A DNA stretch of 64,000 bases from an uncultured Candidatus Binatia bacterium. Lineage in GTDB: Bacteria > Desulfobacterota > Binatia > Bin18. Below are positions 37,910-47,665 of the stretch, in pieces. Every line of letters begins with the position of its first letter. The stretch's first letter is position 1. Made by a program: the position numbers and the translations under genes. The DNA is taken from assembly GCA_965214605.1 (NCBI GenBank), contig OZ243961.1, positions 1,280,001 through 1,344,000 on the forward strand, read 5' to 3'. Under the pieces are notes generated by a model. That model had not been told where the DNA came from and searched no databases. It saw only the letters and a list, made by a program, of their open reading frames with translations.

Positions 37910-38692
37910 TCACTCTTTGTCTCTTCCCTTCCCATGGGCTTGTTGTACGCGTTTCAGCTCCTGTTGGAGCCGCGCTATTTTTTCGTCTTTTTGCAACAAC
38001 CGATCATAGGCGACGTGCAGCATGTTGACCGGATAACGAGGCTGCTCTTCCTCACTCAGCTCTTCGCCGAGGAGACGAAACGGGTCATGACCTAGCCGGG
38101 GAGAAATTTCCTGGGTTAAAGTGCCCGAAAGCGTCCGCACGCGCCGGTCAAGCCGGTCGAGGTGGGGATGCTGGGCTTGCGCTTCAGCATCCCCCCTGAG
38201 CCCAGCCTTTATTCCAATCCCAACCAAAGAGTGGGGAAACGCGGGCAAACCTTGGATATACACCCGGCGCGGCGAAAAGCGCTCCAACAGCATGTCAAAT
38301 CCCTGCGGCGCAAAGCGCCAATAATCGGCCGGGTGTTCGTGCACGGGATAGTCCATCGCGGAACTGATCACCACCAAACCGCCGGGCTTGAGCACTCGAA
38401 ACACCTCGGCCATGGCCTGGAGCGGATTTCTCACATGCTCCAAGGTTTCCAACATCAGAACGATCCCAAGTGTGTCCGACGCAAACGACAGCCGATGCAC
38501 ATCTTCGATCCGGTCCACCCCGGGTCCAGGCCGCATATCACAACCGGTATAATCAGCGTCCACAAATAGCGGTCGCAGATCCGCCGAGGCCAACTGCCCT
38601 TCAACGCGTAAGGCCCCAATCTCCACAATGGGTTGGTGAAGCGTCAGCGTCTCGGATACGACCCGGACAAACTCTCTGATATTCCCGCGCAT
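37910..38692 (-). CDS. Class I SAM methyltransferase with C-terminal coiled-coil
   Basis: VEIGA, YTGCDMRPGPGVD, ETLEHV, HPADYWRF; tail LLQKDEKIARLQQELKRVQQ. Confidence 0.85.
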   Translation of the reverse strand: MRGNIREFVRVVSETLTLHQPIVEIGALRVEGQLASADLRPLFVDADYTGCDMRPGPGVDRIEDVHRLSFASDTLGIVLMLETLEHVRNPLQAMAEVFRVLKPGGLVVISSAMDYPVHEHPADYWRFAPQGFDMLLERFSPRRVYIQGLPAFPHSLVGIGIKAGLRGDAEAQAQHPHLDRLDRRVRTLSGTLTQEISPRLGHDPFRLLGEELSEEEQPRYPVNMLHVAYDRLLQKDEKIARLQQELKRVQQAHGKGRDKE

Positions 38693-38722
38693 CGTTTGTG
38701 TGTTTCCTTCCCTAGTATGTCA

Positions 38723-39574
38723 TTAGAGGTGATCCGCGAAATAGCCTTTGCACTCGGCAAAGACCCGTTGGGCCAGGCCGAGCAGGATCAGAGATAGGAT
38801 AAGGGGGTACAGGACCCAATTCCAGGTCACCTGCTCAGGAGTCAGAATAAGTGCCCGATAGAGGGACAGGATGGGAGTTAAGGGATTCCAGACCAGGAGG
38901 GGCTGTAGAGCTTCGGGCACCATCCGGATGGAATACAGGACGGGAGACAGGAAAAACCACACGGTAAATAGCGCCCCGGTCAACTGGGACACATCCCGCA
39001 GAAAGACATTGGCTGGAGACAACAGCAGGCCGAGTGAGACGGCCAACAGCAGTTGGAGCAGAAACGGAATCACCAGCAGGCCGACGGCCACAGGAGAAAT
39101 CCCACCCTGCCAAATACCCACCCCAATAAGCATCAAACAAAAGCCGACCGCATGACTGAGAAAGCTCGAGACAACCGCGGAGAGGACTAAGAGTTCAGAA
39201 GGAAACTGGACGCGCTTCATCAGCTGTGCGTTCTCGACAATGACCGTCACTGAACGTAGACAGGCGTCCTGAAACGCCAGCCAAGGCCACAGGCCACAAA
39301 ACAAAAACGGCACAAAGTCGACCTCTTCGACCTGAAAGCGCACTCGGTAAATCACCCCAAAGACAAACGCATACAAACCCAGCAGGATAAACGGCTGGAC
39401 GAGACTCCACACCGCGCCTAAACTCGTCCCCACAAAGCGCGCCGTCACATCACGTACCATCATCTGGTGCAACAGCGCCCGGTGCTGCACGGCCGTGCGT
39501 CCCAGCCCAAATGGGTTGGCCCCAGCCAGCGTGGTGATAAAAATCCTGCAACGCAGGCCAGTGATACCAGTCAT
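38723..39574 (-). CDS. wzm: Polysaccharide ABC transporter permease (start uncertain, probably downstream of 39574)
   Basis: RDVTARFVGTSLGAVWSLVQP, LWPWLAF, KRVQFPSE, RDVSQ, WFFLSPVLY, WNPL. Confidence 0.9.
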   Translation of the reverse strand: MTGITGLRCRIFITTLAGANPFGLGRTAVQHRALLHQMMVRDVTARFVGTSLGAVWSLVQPFILLGLYAFVFGVIYRVRFQVEEVDFVPFLFCGLWPWLAFQDACLRSVTVIVENAQLMKRVQFPSELLVLSAVVSSFLSHAVGFCLMLIGVGIWQGGISPVAVGLLVIPFLLQLLLAVSLGLLLSPANVFLRDVSQLTGALFTVWFFLSPVLYSIRMVPEALQPLLVWNPLTPILSLYRALILTPEQVTWNWVLYPLILSLILLGLAQRVFAECKGYFADHL

Positions 39575-40417
39575 ACGGGTAATCTCGAATATACTGCTTG
39601 AGCAAGCCGATCAGAACAAACAGGGTTTCACCTAACTCCGTGACCCGACACGGCTCCTCAAACGACAACTCCCAGTGATGATCTGTCCCAACCCTGCCGA
39701 AAAAGGGCACAATCGTCGCCCCGCTTCGCGCTGCTGTCGACAACAAGCCAGTGGGAAACCGAGCCAGCCGACCAAAAAACTCGACTTCCTTCCACTCTTT
39801 GATACCCAAGAACTCGGGCACTACATCAAGAAGCGCCCCCACCATGCCCTCTAGGTTGGGCACCCGTTTTCCGTTTCCTTCCTCCAGTAAAAATAATTTC
39901 TCGCTCCATGAGCCGCGCAATATGCTTAAACCGCGGTCGACTAAACGTATAGTGCACCCAGCCTTCTAGCTCCCGCACCCGCGAGAGCGGCATAGATAGT
40001 AGATGGGCCGCCAAGCCGTGACTCTGCAAATATGGAAAGATGAGGGAACCACCACCAAAATGGAAGGTGAGTAGGATCACACCCCGCTTCTCGGCTACGG
40101 CAGCACAGAGTCGCTCTTCTCCCGCCACCCGCACCCATCGCTGTCATCGTTGCCACGAATGAATCCGAGGGGCATACGCATCAATCCGGTCGCGTGCCAT
40201 TATCTCAAAGAATTTTTCTCCCATGTCCGCCGCTAGCAGCTCCTCTGGGTTGGAGCACCTGGGCCGCATTGGCCCGGATCAGCGCACACAGCTCAGGATA
40301 GTGCCAGGCTTCTAGCCGCCCCCAGGCTTGGGCTAGACGGTAGGCTGTCGGGAGGGGGAAAGACGCCGCTAGCGGGAGATACACCCCATATCTCAACCCA
40401 TCTTCTCTATTATTCAC
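39450..40417 (-). pseudogene. Fragmented lipid A late-acyltransferase-like (LPLAT) gene
   Basis: Pieces in several frames: PLPTAYRLAQAWGRL; VRVAGEERL..RGVILLTFHFGG; LLDV..VEFFGRLARFPTG..ARSGATIVPF; IRDYPYDWYHW. Frameshifts and an internal stop are present. Confidence 0.75.
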
Positions 40418-40440
40418 GCCTCGACTATATGCTCTAACGG

Positions 40441-41634
40441 CTAGGTCTCCCAGGCATGGGGCAAGAAACACAGACCGAGTTCTCGATTTTCTCCGCGCAC
40501 GGAGAACTCGCGCTCGACCGTGTCAAACACCCGCAAGCCGGCACTATCCATCGCGTGCGCTCGAAGGACATAACGTCCGGGCAGGAGACTGAGCTGGGGC
40601 AGGATATAGTCAATCTGGTGGACGCGTCCCTCAAGGTGCCGAGGAACCGCCCCGTCCATATCAGAAGCTACCCCATAGACCGGGACGAAATCGGCTCGGA
40701 CAATGCCAATGAGGATCACCGGTGGCTTGGTCTCACCCGTCCCGGCCTCAACCCTGACCCGTGCCCGGAACGGCTGTCCAAAATAGAACTGTGAGGTTTC
40801 TTGGGCGTGGCCGTTCAGCAGCCGGACATCGACTACCCGATTCTCGCCCGCGGCGCTCGGGCTTGAACGAGCGGACGTCTCGCCGTTCTCTTGGGCTTCG
40901 ATGAAATCCGCATACTCCTGGACCACGCTTGACGCAGCCCCTAGTAAGCGGACCTGGCCGCGGTGCAGCCACACGGCTTTGCCGCAGAGTTTCTTGATCT
41001 GGTAGGTATTGTGGGCGCAGAAAATCAAGGTTCCGCCATTCGACAGAAAGTGCTCCATCCGGCGAATACACTTTTTTTGGAACGCCTCATCCCCAACGGC
41101 AAGCACTTCATCGGTAATAAGGACATCCGGCTCAACGCAGGTCGCTAGGGCAAAGGCCAGCCGTACCGCCATGCCGGAGGAGTACGTTTTGAGGGGTCGA
41201 TCAATAAAATCGCCAATATCGGCAAACTCGACAATCGCTGGCAGGCGTTCCGCCATCTCTTCCCGGCTCAGACCCATCAATGCCCCGGACAGCGCCAAGT
41301 TTTCACGCCCGCTATACTCGGGATGAAAGCCAATACCGAGTTCAAGCAGAGCGCTGATCCGGCCATAGCTCTGGACGTGTCCCTCAGAAGCTCGGGTGAC
41401 TCCGCACAGGAGTTTTAGCAGCGTGCTTTTTCCTGCCCCATTCTCTCCAACAAGACCCCAAGTATCGCCTTGGTAGACTTGTAAGGATACATTGCGGACA
41501 GACCAGAACTCCTCAGAAAAGCGCCTTCGCCCCAGCCATAGCACTTCCTTCAAATGGTCAAGGTGACGCTGGTATAGCCGATAAGACTTACCAAGCCCGT
41601 GGGCTTCGACCAACAACCGCGGCTGTGAGTTCAT
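40441..41634 (-). CDS. wzt: Polysaccharide ABC transporter ATPase with C-terminal Wzt_C domain
   Basis: GENGAGKSTLLK, KTYSSGMAVRLAF, DEVLAVGDEAFQKKC; beta-rich C-terminal domain ending LLPGRY...LPHAW. Confidence 0.93.
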   Translation of the reverse strand: MNSQPRLLVEAHGLGKSYRLYQRHLDHLKEVLWLGRRRFSEEFWSVRNVSLQVYQGDTWGLVGENGAGKSTLLKLLCGVTRASEGHVQSYGRISALLELGIGFHPEYSGRENLALSGALMGLSREEMAERLPAIVEFADIGDFIDRPLKTYSSGMAVRLAFALATCVEPDVLITDEVLAVGDEAFQKKCIRRMEHFLSNGGTLIFCAHNTYQIKKLCGKAVWLHRGQVRLLGAASSVVQEYADFIEAQENGETSARSSPSAAGENRVVDVRLLNGHAQETSQFYFGQPFRARVRVEAGTGETKPPVILIGIVRADFVPVYGVASDMDGAVPRHLEGRVHQIDYILPQLSLLPGRYVLRAHAMDSAGLRVFDTVEREFSVRGENRELGLCFLPHAWET

Positions 41635-42105
41635 TGGCGGGACGACGAAGAACTCGTCATTGCGGTAGCAGCTTGATCAGAGAGACAGTCAGACCGGTCG
41701 CCAAAATAACGCTCACCAGAACCGTGCGATGCCTTTCCGCATTTGCTGGCAGGCGCCTTCATCGTGGCCCCGCGACTGGAGCCCAGCCCCTAGGGGTCAG
41801 AACTTGCGGATCTTGCTGCGTGGTTGGCATGTGGCCCCTCTGCGTTTCCAACACCGTCAGCCGCTTGTTCTTGCCACAGCGCGTCCGCCCATGGCGGGGC
41901 GGGGGATGGGCTAGATTTGCTCCTTGGGCCGATACCTGTGCTTCACTCATAGTGCTTGCCTCTTCAATCAGCTATGGTCTGATTTATCCGAAAACAGGGA
42001 TGAGCACAAGGTGAGACTCTTCAGGGCATCATTTAGGGTATCCTTGGTCTCTTTCGCAGGCAAAAAGATTGACTTTACTCCTCAGAAATTGATAAGCTGA
42101 CGAAG

Positions 42106-42600
42106 ATGCGCCACAGGCCGATAAGGCTCCTTATTCCCAGGATTCTGGCTTTAAGCATGGTTGTTGCCGCCGTGCCTGCCTGTATAGGCTCTAAGGCTTC
42201 TTCACCACCAAGGTCGGCACAGCCGGCGCCGGAAGCCGCCCCAAAAAGTTTGCAGACTCGGTTTGAAGAATACTGGCAAGCCAGGATCCAGAACAACCTG
42301 CAGCTCGCCCTCCAGTATGAACATCCTGGGCAGCAAAAACGGTTCGGAGAGGAAGACTTACTCGCACGCCTACGCTCAGGCGTCGCAATCAAAGAAGTTA
42401 CTGCTGTTGATCCTCAGGCTTTGCAGCCCGATCCAAATGCGCAAGAGGCGAAGATTGACCTTAGTCTCAAATATGAGTACAGATTACCCTTCGGAGGCGA
42501 CCGAGCACTCATTTCCACCTTCGTTACCGACTCCTGGCGGAAAGAGCAGGGAGTATGGTACCATATTCTTAAAGTCAGGAGGGCTCCGAGGAAAAAATGA
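42106..42600 (+). CDS. Hypothetical lipoprotein
   Basis: Signal peptide with lipobox-like VPAC and a Pro-rich tether; LQTRFEEYWQAR...DSWRKEQGVWYH suggests an NTF2-like fold. Confidence 0.7.
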   Translation: MRHRPIRLLIPRILALSMVVAAVPACIGSKASSPPRSAQPAPEAAPKSLQTRFEEYWQARIQNNLQLALQYEHPGQQKRFGEEDLLARLRSGVAIKEVTAVDPQALQPDPNAQEAKIDLSLKYEYRLPFGGDRALISTFVTDSWRKEQGVWYHILKVRRAPRKK

Positions 42601-42651
42601 CCCGTAGTATCCAATTTTGCAGGCATCAGGCTTGCACAATCATGATTATGC

Positions 42652-42680
42652 TTGACACGTAAATTCGAGTTCGCTATACG
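42652..42680 (+). promoter_or_regulatory. Near-consensus sigma70 promoter for the surface-protein gene
   Basis: TTGACA (42652-42657), 17 bp, TATACG (42675-42680). Confidence 0.65.
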
Positions 42681-42848
42681 CTGACAGATTCCTGTGATGA
42701 GGACAGTGAAAGGGGGTGGTTTTCAGGGTAGGACATGGGGCACTGGACTTTTAGGCGGGAATGCACTACAAAGACGCAACCTTACACTTTGCTCTCAAAG
42801 CCTGTTCCAAGCTTTGAGGCAGGCTGTCTTGAAGGGAGGACAGACGGA

Positions 42849-44162
42849 ATGAAGCAAGTATTTGGAAAATATGTCCTGGTCACTGCGTACGCAGTCCTCG
42901 CGTTATTTTTCACCACCTGGCCCGCGCAGGCACAAGAGGTCAGCATGAGCGGGGTGGCTGACCATCTGCTCTTCGGCTACTGGACGACAGAAGATCGAGA
43001 CACACTTGTTGCCGTCCACGCGCCGCTTGGGGTTATGAGCAATCGTGGCGACGAAGGGAAGAATATCGTTAAGATCACTGTTCGCGATGGCGGTGCACCG
43101 GGATTTGTTGACGACACCGAAGGTGCCGAGGTTTCGGAGGCCGAGTCGCTAACAAGTTTTGATATCTGTCTCACCCCAGGCGATTCATGGACGGCAGCTA
43201 TCACCTCTGACGGAGAAGACTCGTCCGCGCTTGTGGTCGTAGACCCTGGTGCTTGTGACGAAGATGTAGTCCAAGTCTCCCCAACACGTGAAGCGCCAAA
43301 TCCCCGACAAACACCGGAGCCGGGGGAGCGTGTCCCATTTGCTGGCACTGCCGGTTTTTTTGAGGCCTCCACCAGAGCAGATGCAATGGTTTTCAAAGAG
43401 GTGCCTGAAGAAATTATTGCTACAAGTTCAAGTGAGAGTACTCGGCTGCAGAGACGTGAGCAACCGAGTGATCCCGCCCCGCTTACGGGAACAGTCTATA
43501 TAGTCTCTCCTATGTACGGATTTTCGTCAGCCTACACTGCTACTGGGGTGACGGGATGCTCTGCGGGGTACTGTACGGCTACAGAGATCAATACGGCCCT
43601 ACTAGCACAGAACAAGATGCTACTGTTAGGTCGTTGGAGCGCTCTCGACATCATAGGCGCAGAGACAGAAATCATACTGACCTTCCCTGGCACGAATCAT
43701 CTGAATTTTCAGACCGTAACAACAGAGGGCGACCCGGAAGCCAACACAGACCCGGTGAGCATGCTTATCTTCAAAGACGACTCGGCGGCGCGTCCAGAAC
43801 CTCTGACGGAAATCATGCTGGATCAAGCGGTTAACAAGTGTACTTTTACGGACGATGGGATGATGATGGGCAGCAGCACGCTTAACTGTAATAACGGGAT
43901 GACGATGGAGGAGCTGGAGGATATGGAGGAAGGGGCATTCCGGATCTTTAACAACACTGAGTACGATCTATCCACCGACCCCCAAGAATTTGGCACGGAA
44001 TCCGCAGGGGACTTTAGTGAGGCAGGTCAAGCGCCTGCTGAGGCGCTCGCCGTTATAGGGACTGTCCTCCAGGCCTTTGAGGTCGATAGCCCTAACACCT
44101 ATGACCAATCCTTCTCGATGCAGTGGTCTAGCGACCAAACGCCGGCTAACACTACTGACTAA
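42849..44162 (+). CDS. Secreted acidic cell-surface (S-layer-like) protein
   Basis: RBS GGGAGG; Sec signal ending AQA; D/E/T-rich and Lys-poor; LLFGYWTT..DTLV..FDICLTPGDSWTAAI resembles proteobacterial cell-surface protein N-termini (from memory). Confidence 0.7.
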   Translation: MKQVFGKYVLVTAYAVLALFFTTWPAQAQEVSMSGVADHLLFGYWTTEDRDTLVAVHAPLGVMSNRGDEGKNIVKITVRDGGAPGFVDDTEGAEVSEAESLTSFDICLTPGDSWTAAITSDGEDSSALVVVDPGACDEDVVQVSPTREAPNPRQTPEPGERVPFAGTAGFFEASTRADAMVFKEVPEEIIATSSSESTRLQRREQPSDPAPLTGTVYIVSPMYGFSSAYTATGVTGCSAGYCTATEINTALLAQNKMLLLGRWSALDIIGAETEIILTFPGTNHLNFQTVTTEGDPEANTDPVSMLIFKDDSAARPEPLTEIMLDQAVNKCTFTDDGMMMGSSTLNCNNGMTMEELEDMEEGAFRIFNNTEYDLSTDPQEFGTESAGDFSEAGQAPAEALAVIGTVLQAFEVDSPNTYDQSFSMQWSSDQTPANTTD

Positions 44163-44201
44163 GTCTCGCTGCCCCTAACTCCTGCTTGGCTCCTGGTCAG
44201 T

Positions 44202-44236
44202 AAAAAAAGGGAGAGGAAGTTCCTCTCCCTTTTTTT
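44202..44236. terminator. Bidirectional intrinsic terminator
   Basis: Perfect inverted repeat AAAAAAAGGGAGAGGA-AGT-TCCTCTCCCTTTTTTT between the convergent surface-protein gene and gspD. Confidence 0.9.
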
Positions 44237-44592
44237 ATGGGCAAATCCCTAGCTGCACATAGACCTACTACAGGCCGTCAAGATTGTAGGGGGGACCTGA
44301 ACAGATTGGTCTTGTCTTTGAGGGCTTCCATAGGGTCCGACATGGCAGCGTGCTGCTGTTCTCCGACAGGGTTACCCGCTGCACTGTGTCACCGCCACGG
44401 TGGACACCAACGATAACAGCTGCAAAGAGTCAACCACCCCGCTTTCCCCCTCTTAACTAGGGGGAGGCGCCTACAGGTGGTATGTAATCTCAATTTCCAG
44501 GCTAGGGTGATAGAGAGACGCCTTCAATACTCGGTCATCACGGTGGTGTCCCTGCCGATGACTTCTGACATGCTTCTAGGGGGTAAGGCTGA

Positions 44593-46854
44593 TCATGGCG
44601 TGGTTCCCGGAGGAGGCGGAGCGGATGACCTGACGGGTGGCGACAGAGGGGACGGGGTTGGCTTGTGTAAAATACGGCTGTCTAGCAGCTCTTTAAGACT
44701 CCGAATGCGCCCGGTAAATTCCTCGCTGACCGTGCGTAATTCCTGACGGTCCCGAATCACATGCGGCGTAATCAGAATGATCAATTCGGTGCGGTCGACC
44801 TTTTCTGTATCCACCCGAAACAGACGGCCTAAAACGGGCAGATTCATCAGATACGGCACTCCCCTGCGGTTGCGTCGTATCGTATCGTCAATAATGCCTC
44901 CCAAAACCACCGATTCTCCATCCTGTACCACCACCGTTGTCTCGGCTTCTCGTGAGACAAAGCTGGGCGAGTTGGTGCGCCCAAACTCCGCATTGCCGAC
45001 TGTGCTCACCTCTTGGCGAATCTCAAGATTGACCAGACCTGCAGAGTTGATCTGAGGTAGAATCGTCAAAATCTTGCCTGTCTCTCGATATTGGATGCTG
45101 TTGACGGTCCGTGCGGTGTCGGTTAGGGAGCTAGTGGACGTTGAGGTCAAAATCGGTATTTCTTCACCAATCAAAATATTAGCTTCCCGATTGTCCGCAG
45201 CAATCACATGCGGGGTGGCGAGAACATTGACCTTTTGCTTGGTTGCCAAGGCATTGAGCAAGACCAAAAATTTGTCGCGATCAGTCAGAAAACCAAATAT
45301 CCCCTGCGAGCCAAGATTAACGGCTCGCTTTGATGCGCCGAGCAAGGCGTTATTGCCAATACTTAAGCTCGTAGTCCCGGGAGGTTCTCCGGTGGCAACC
45401 CCACTCCCATTCCCCCCGCCGCTCGTACCGAGCAAGCGACCAAGTCCTCCCTGCGATAATGCATATTCGAGTCCAAAAACGAGATCATCAATCAATTGAA
45501 TTTCGGCAATAATAGCTTCAATGAGTACCTGTCGGGGAACAATATCAAGCTTGCGTAAGACATCCCGGATCATCGCATAATCGCGCGGTGTAGCCAAAAT
45601 AATTAAGGAGTTGGTAATCTCATCGGCAACAATCCGGACTTCTTCTTTAAAAACCGGCTTTTCCCCTTCCTGGGGAGCCAATACAACACTCTGGGTTCCG
45701 CCCCCATCCCTGGTTCTATTCCTACGTCGCCCACTGCGGCCGCTCCCAAATCCCATACCATCACGGCTATCGTTCCGGTCACTGCTGCCAATATCACTTC
45801 CCCCGTTTTCTGAGTCACTTATGCTCCCCGAGCCAAGATTCCCGGATGACCCAAAGTCCTGATTGCGGCCCTGGCGATTTCCGCCGCCACCGCTTCCGTA
45901 GAGATCGCCTAAAATGTTGGCCAGATCAGCTGCTTTGACGTTTTCAACGGCATACACCTGCACGATTCGCCCACCCCCTTTTTCTGGAGGAACATCAAGA
46001 AGCTGAATCCATTTTTCGACGTGGGTAAAAATTTCTGGATTAAAGGCAATGACCACAACCGAATTGAGTCGAGCCAGAGGAATAACAAAAACCCCATGTC
46101 TCGCTGCCTCCTCGGTGACAATGACTCCATACGGTTCAAGCACGCTGGACAACTCCTCGCCAAGATCTTCGACATTGGCGTGCTCAATCCGATACACCTC
46201 GGCGTGGAGGTCGTGAAATGTATCTGTATCAAAAACCCCCACCATCTGTCTGAGACGGCGCACATTTGAGGCTAGGTCAGAAATGACAACCAGATTAGCG
46301 CGTGGATAGGCCAGGATATCACCACCTGGTGAGACAAACGGCTGGAGGATTGTGGCCATCTCTTCAGCAGCAACGTACTCCACCTTGACGAGTTCGATGA
46401 CGAACGCATCCTCATCTCTCAGCTTCTGGGAGGCCGCACGGTTTTTGGGTATAACTGCCTTGGTTTTTGCCTCTCCGACCGGGGCAATATGGTAGATATC
46501 GCCAACGCGGTTTGCAGCCACTCCGCTGCTTCGCAAAATCTGGTGAAAAAGGGGAAACAGGTCGCGACGCGGAATATCACTGGTCGTTCGAATGGTGACC
46601 TGGCCCTGGACACGTGGATCAATCGTATAGTGAATACCTAGGGCTGTGGCAATGCTGTGAATCACTTCGCGGATATCAGCGCCTTCAAAATTGAGCCGAA
46701 CGGCCGCTCCGCTGTCGGGTGAGTTGCTCTGAGCGGCGGCAGGAGGGACTAGGGCCGTATTCCAAAAGATACTGCCGACCATGACGGCGATGCTCAGCCC
46801 GCGGAGCGCGGTAACGGACTGCCTGTTGAGGGGTATATCATTTGTTTTGCTCAT
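44593..46854 (-). CDS. gspD: Type II secretion secretin
   Basis: LNFEGADIREVI (N0), IVADEITNSLII, LDIVPRQVLIEAIIAE, TELIILITPHVI; Gly/Ser-rich N3 insert. Confidence 0.93.
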   Translation of the reverse strand: MSKTNDIPLNRQSVTALRGLSIAVMVGSIFWNTALVPPAAAQSNSPDSGAAVRLNFEGADIREVIHSIATALGIHYTIDPRVQGQVTIRTTSDIPRRDLFPLFHQILRSSGVAANRVGDIYHIAPVGEAKTKAVIPKNRAASQKLRDEDAFVIELVKVEYVAAEEMATILQPFVSPGGDILAYPRANLVVISDLASNVRRLRQMVGVFDTDTFHDLHAEVYRIEHANVEDLGEELSSVLEPYGVIVTEEAARHGVFVIPLARLNSVVVIAFNPEIFTHVEKWIQLLDVPPEKGGGRIVQVYAVENVKAADLANILGDLYGSGGGGNRQGRNQDFGSSGNLGSGSISDSENGGSDIGSSDRNDSRDGMGFGSGRSGRRRNRTRDGGGTQSVVLAPQEGEKPVFKEEVRIVADEITNSLIILATPRDYAMIRDVLRKLDIVPRQVLIEAIIAEIQLIDDLVFGLEYALSQGGLGRLLGTSGGGNGSGVATGEPPGTTSLSIGNNALLGASKRAVNLGSQGIFGFLTDRDKFLVLLNALATKQKVNVLATPHVIAADNREANILIGEEIPILTSTSTSSLTDTARTVNSIQYRETGKILTILPQINSAGLVNLEIRQEVSTVGNAEFGRTNSPSFVSREAETTVVVQDGESVVLGGIIDDTIRRNRRGVPYLMNLPVLGRLFRVDTEKVDRTELIILITPHVIRDRQELRTVSEEFTGRIRSLKELLDSRILHKPTPSPLSPPVRSSAPPPPGTTP

Positions 46855-47653
46855 CCTGCTCCTTAGCCCGGGCTGCACGTCGCTCGCGGGCGCGTTGGCG
46901 GCGGATTTCGCGCAGCCGACGTTGGAGCTGGCGAATATTTTGTCGAATGGTTACGGCTTCGTCTTGATCGCTGCCGGTAGGGACCTTTTTGACACGGGTA
47001 CCCGCTTGCTCGCCTGAGTCTGCTGCTGCTCCAAGAATGAGTGTTGAATCAGTCCCACGGGTTGAATTCTGCGTGTCGGGCTGTGATCGTTCTTGTTCCG
47101 CTGTCTGAGAATTCGCTTGCTCCTGCGAGCGGGCGGGTACGATGCGCGGAGCCTTTGCTGCATCGGTGCTCTTTTGGGTATTCAGGCGCAGGCTGACTTC
47201 CCGCCCCTCTGCCCCAAAGGCAAGCGTTGCTTCCGCATGGGTAAGGTGGGCCAGATGATAGGAGTCGAGCGTGTCGCCAGACCTCACCCGTGTGACTTTC
47301 CCGCCTTTGGAGGAATCAGCAAACAGCGCCTCATGGCGGTCGCCGACGATGAAGACACCAACAAGGCTCAGATGGTCGGGCGGCGGAACAGTGGGGGGAG
47401 GCTTTGCCGGCGGCCTGCGGGCATTCTCCGTCCTGCGACTGGGAGCAAAGAGATTTTTAGCGGTAATCACCCCGACTAGCTTCTTTCCCGCCGCTGGGCC
47501 GGCCTGGGGAAAAGATGGAAGCGCGGTGTTAAGGTCGGGAGATGGTTCGGCCATAATGGGGGGACGGGTATAAGCCCAGGCTAAAAATGCTTGCCAGGCG
47601 AGCCCACAGACCCCGAGCAGTAGTATCATGTGAATAAAGCGTCGTATCCGCAT
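46838..47653 (-). CDS. GspC-like T2SS protein (TM + HR domain, coiled-coil tail, no PDZ)
   Basis: N-terminal TM, KNLFAPSR, LSLVGVFI..EALF..VRSGDTL; directly upstream of gspD. Confidence 0.65.
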   Translation of the reverse strand: MRIRRFIHMILLLGVCGLAWQAFLAWAYTRPPIMAEPSPDLNTALPSFPQAGPAAGKKLVGVITAKNLFAPSRRTENARRPPAKPPPTVPPPDHLSLVGVFIVGDRHEALFADSSKGGKVTRVRSGDTLDSYHLAHLTHAEATLAFGAEGREVSLRLNTQKSTDAAKAPRIVPARSQEQANSQTAEQERSQPDTQNSTRGTDSTLILGAAADSGEQAGTRVKKVPTGSDQDEAVTIRQNIRQLQRRLREIRRQRARERRAARAKEQDEQNK

Positions 47654-47665
47654 CGTTTGCTCACT

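Noticed and set aside
44524-44571. Minus-strand 15-codon ORF MSEVIGRDTTVMTEY resembling the N-terminus of the 5739 small protein
   Set aside because: Too short and lacks an RBS; the similarity is plausibly chance.
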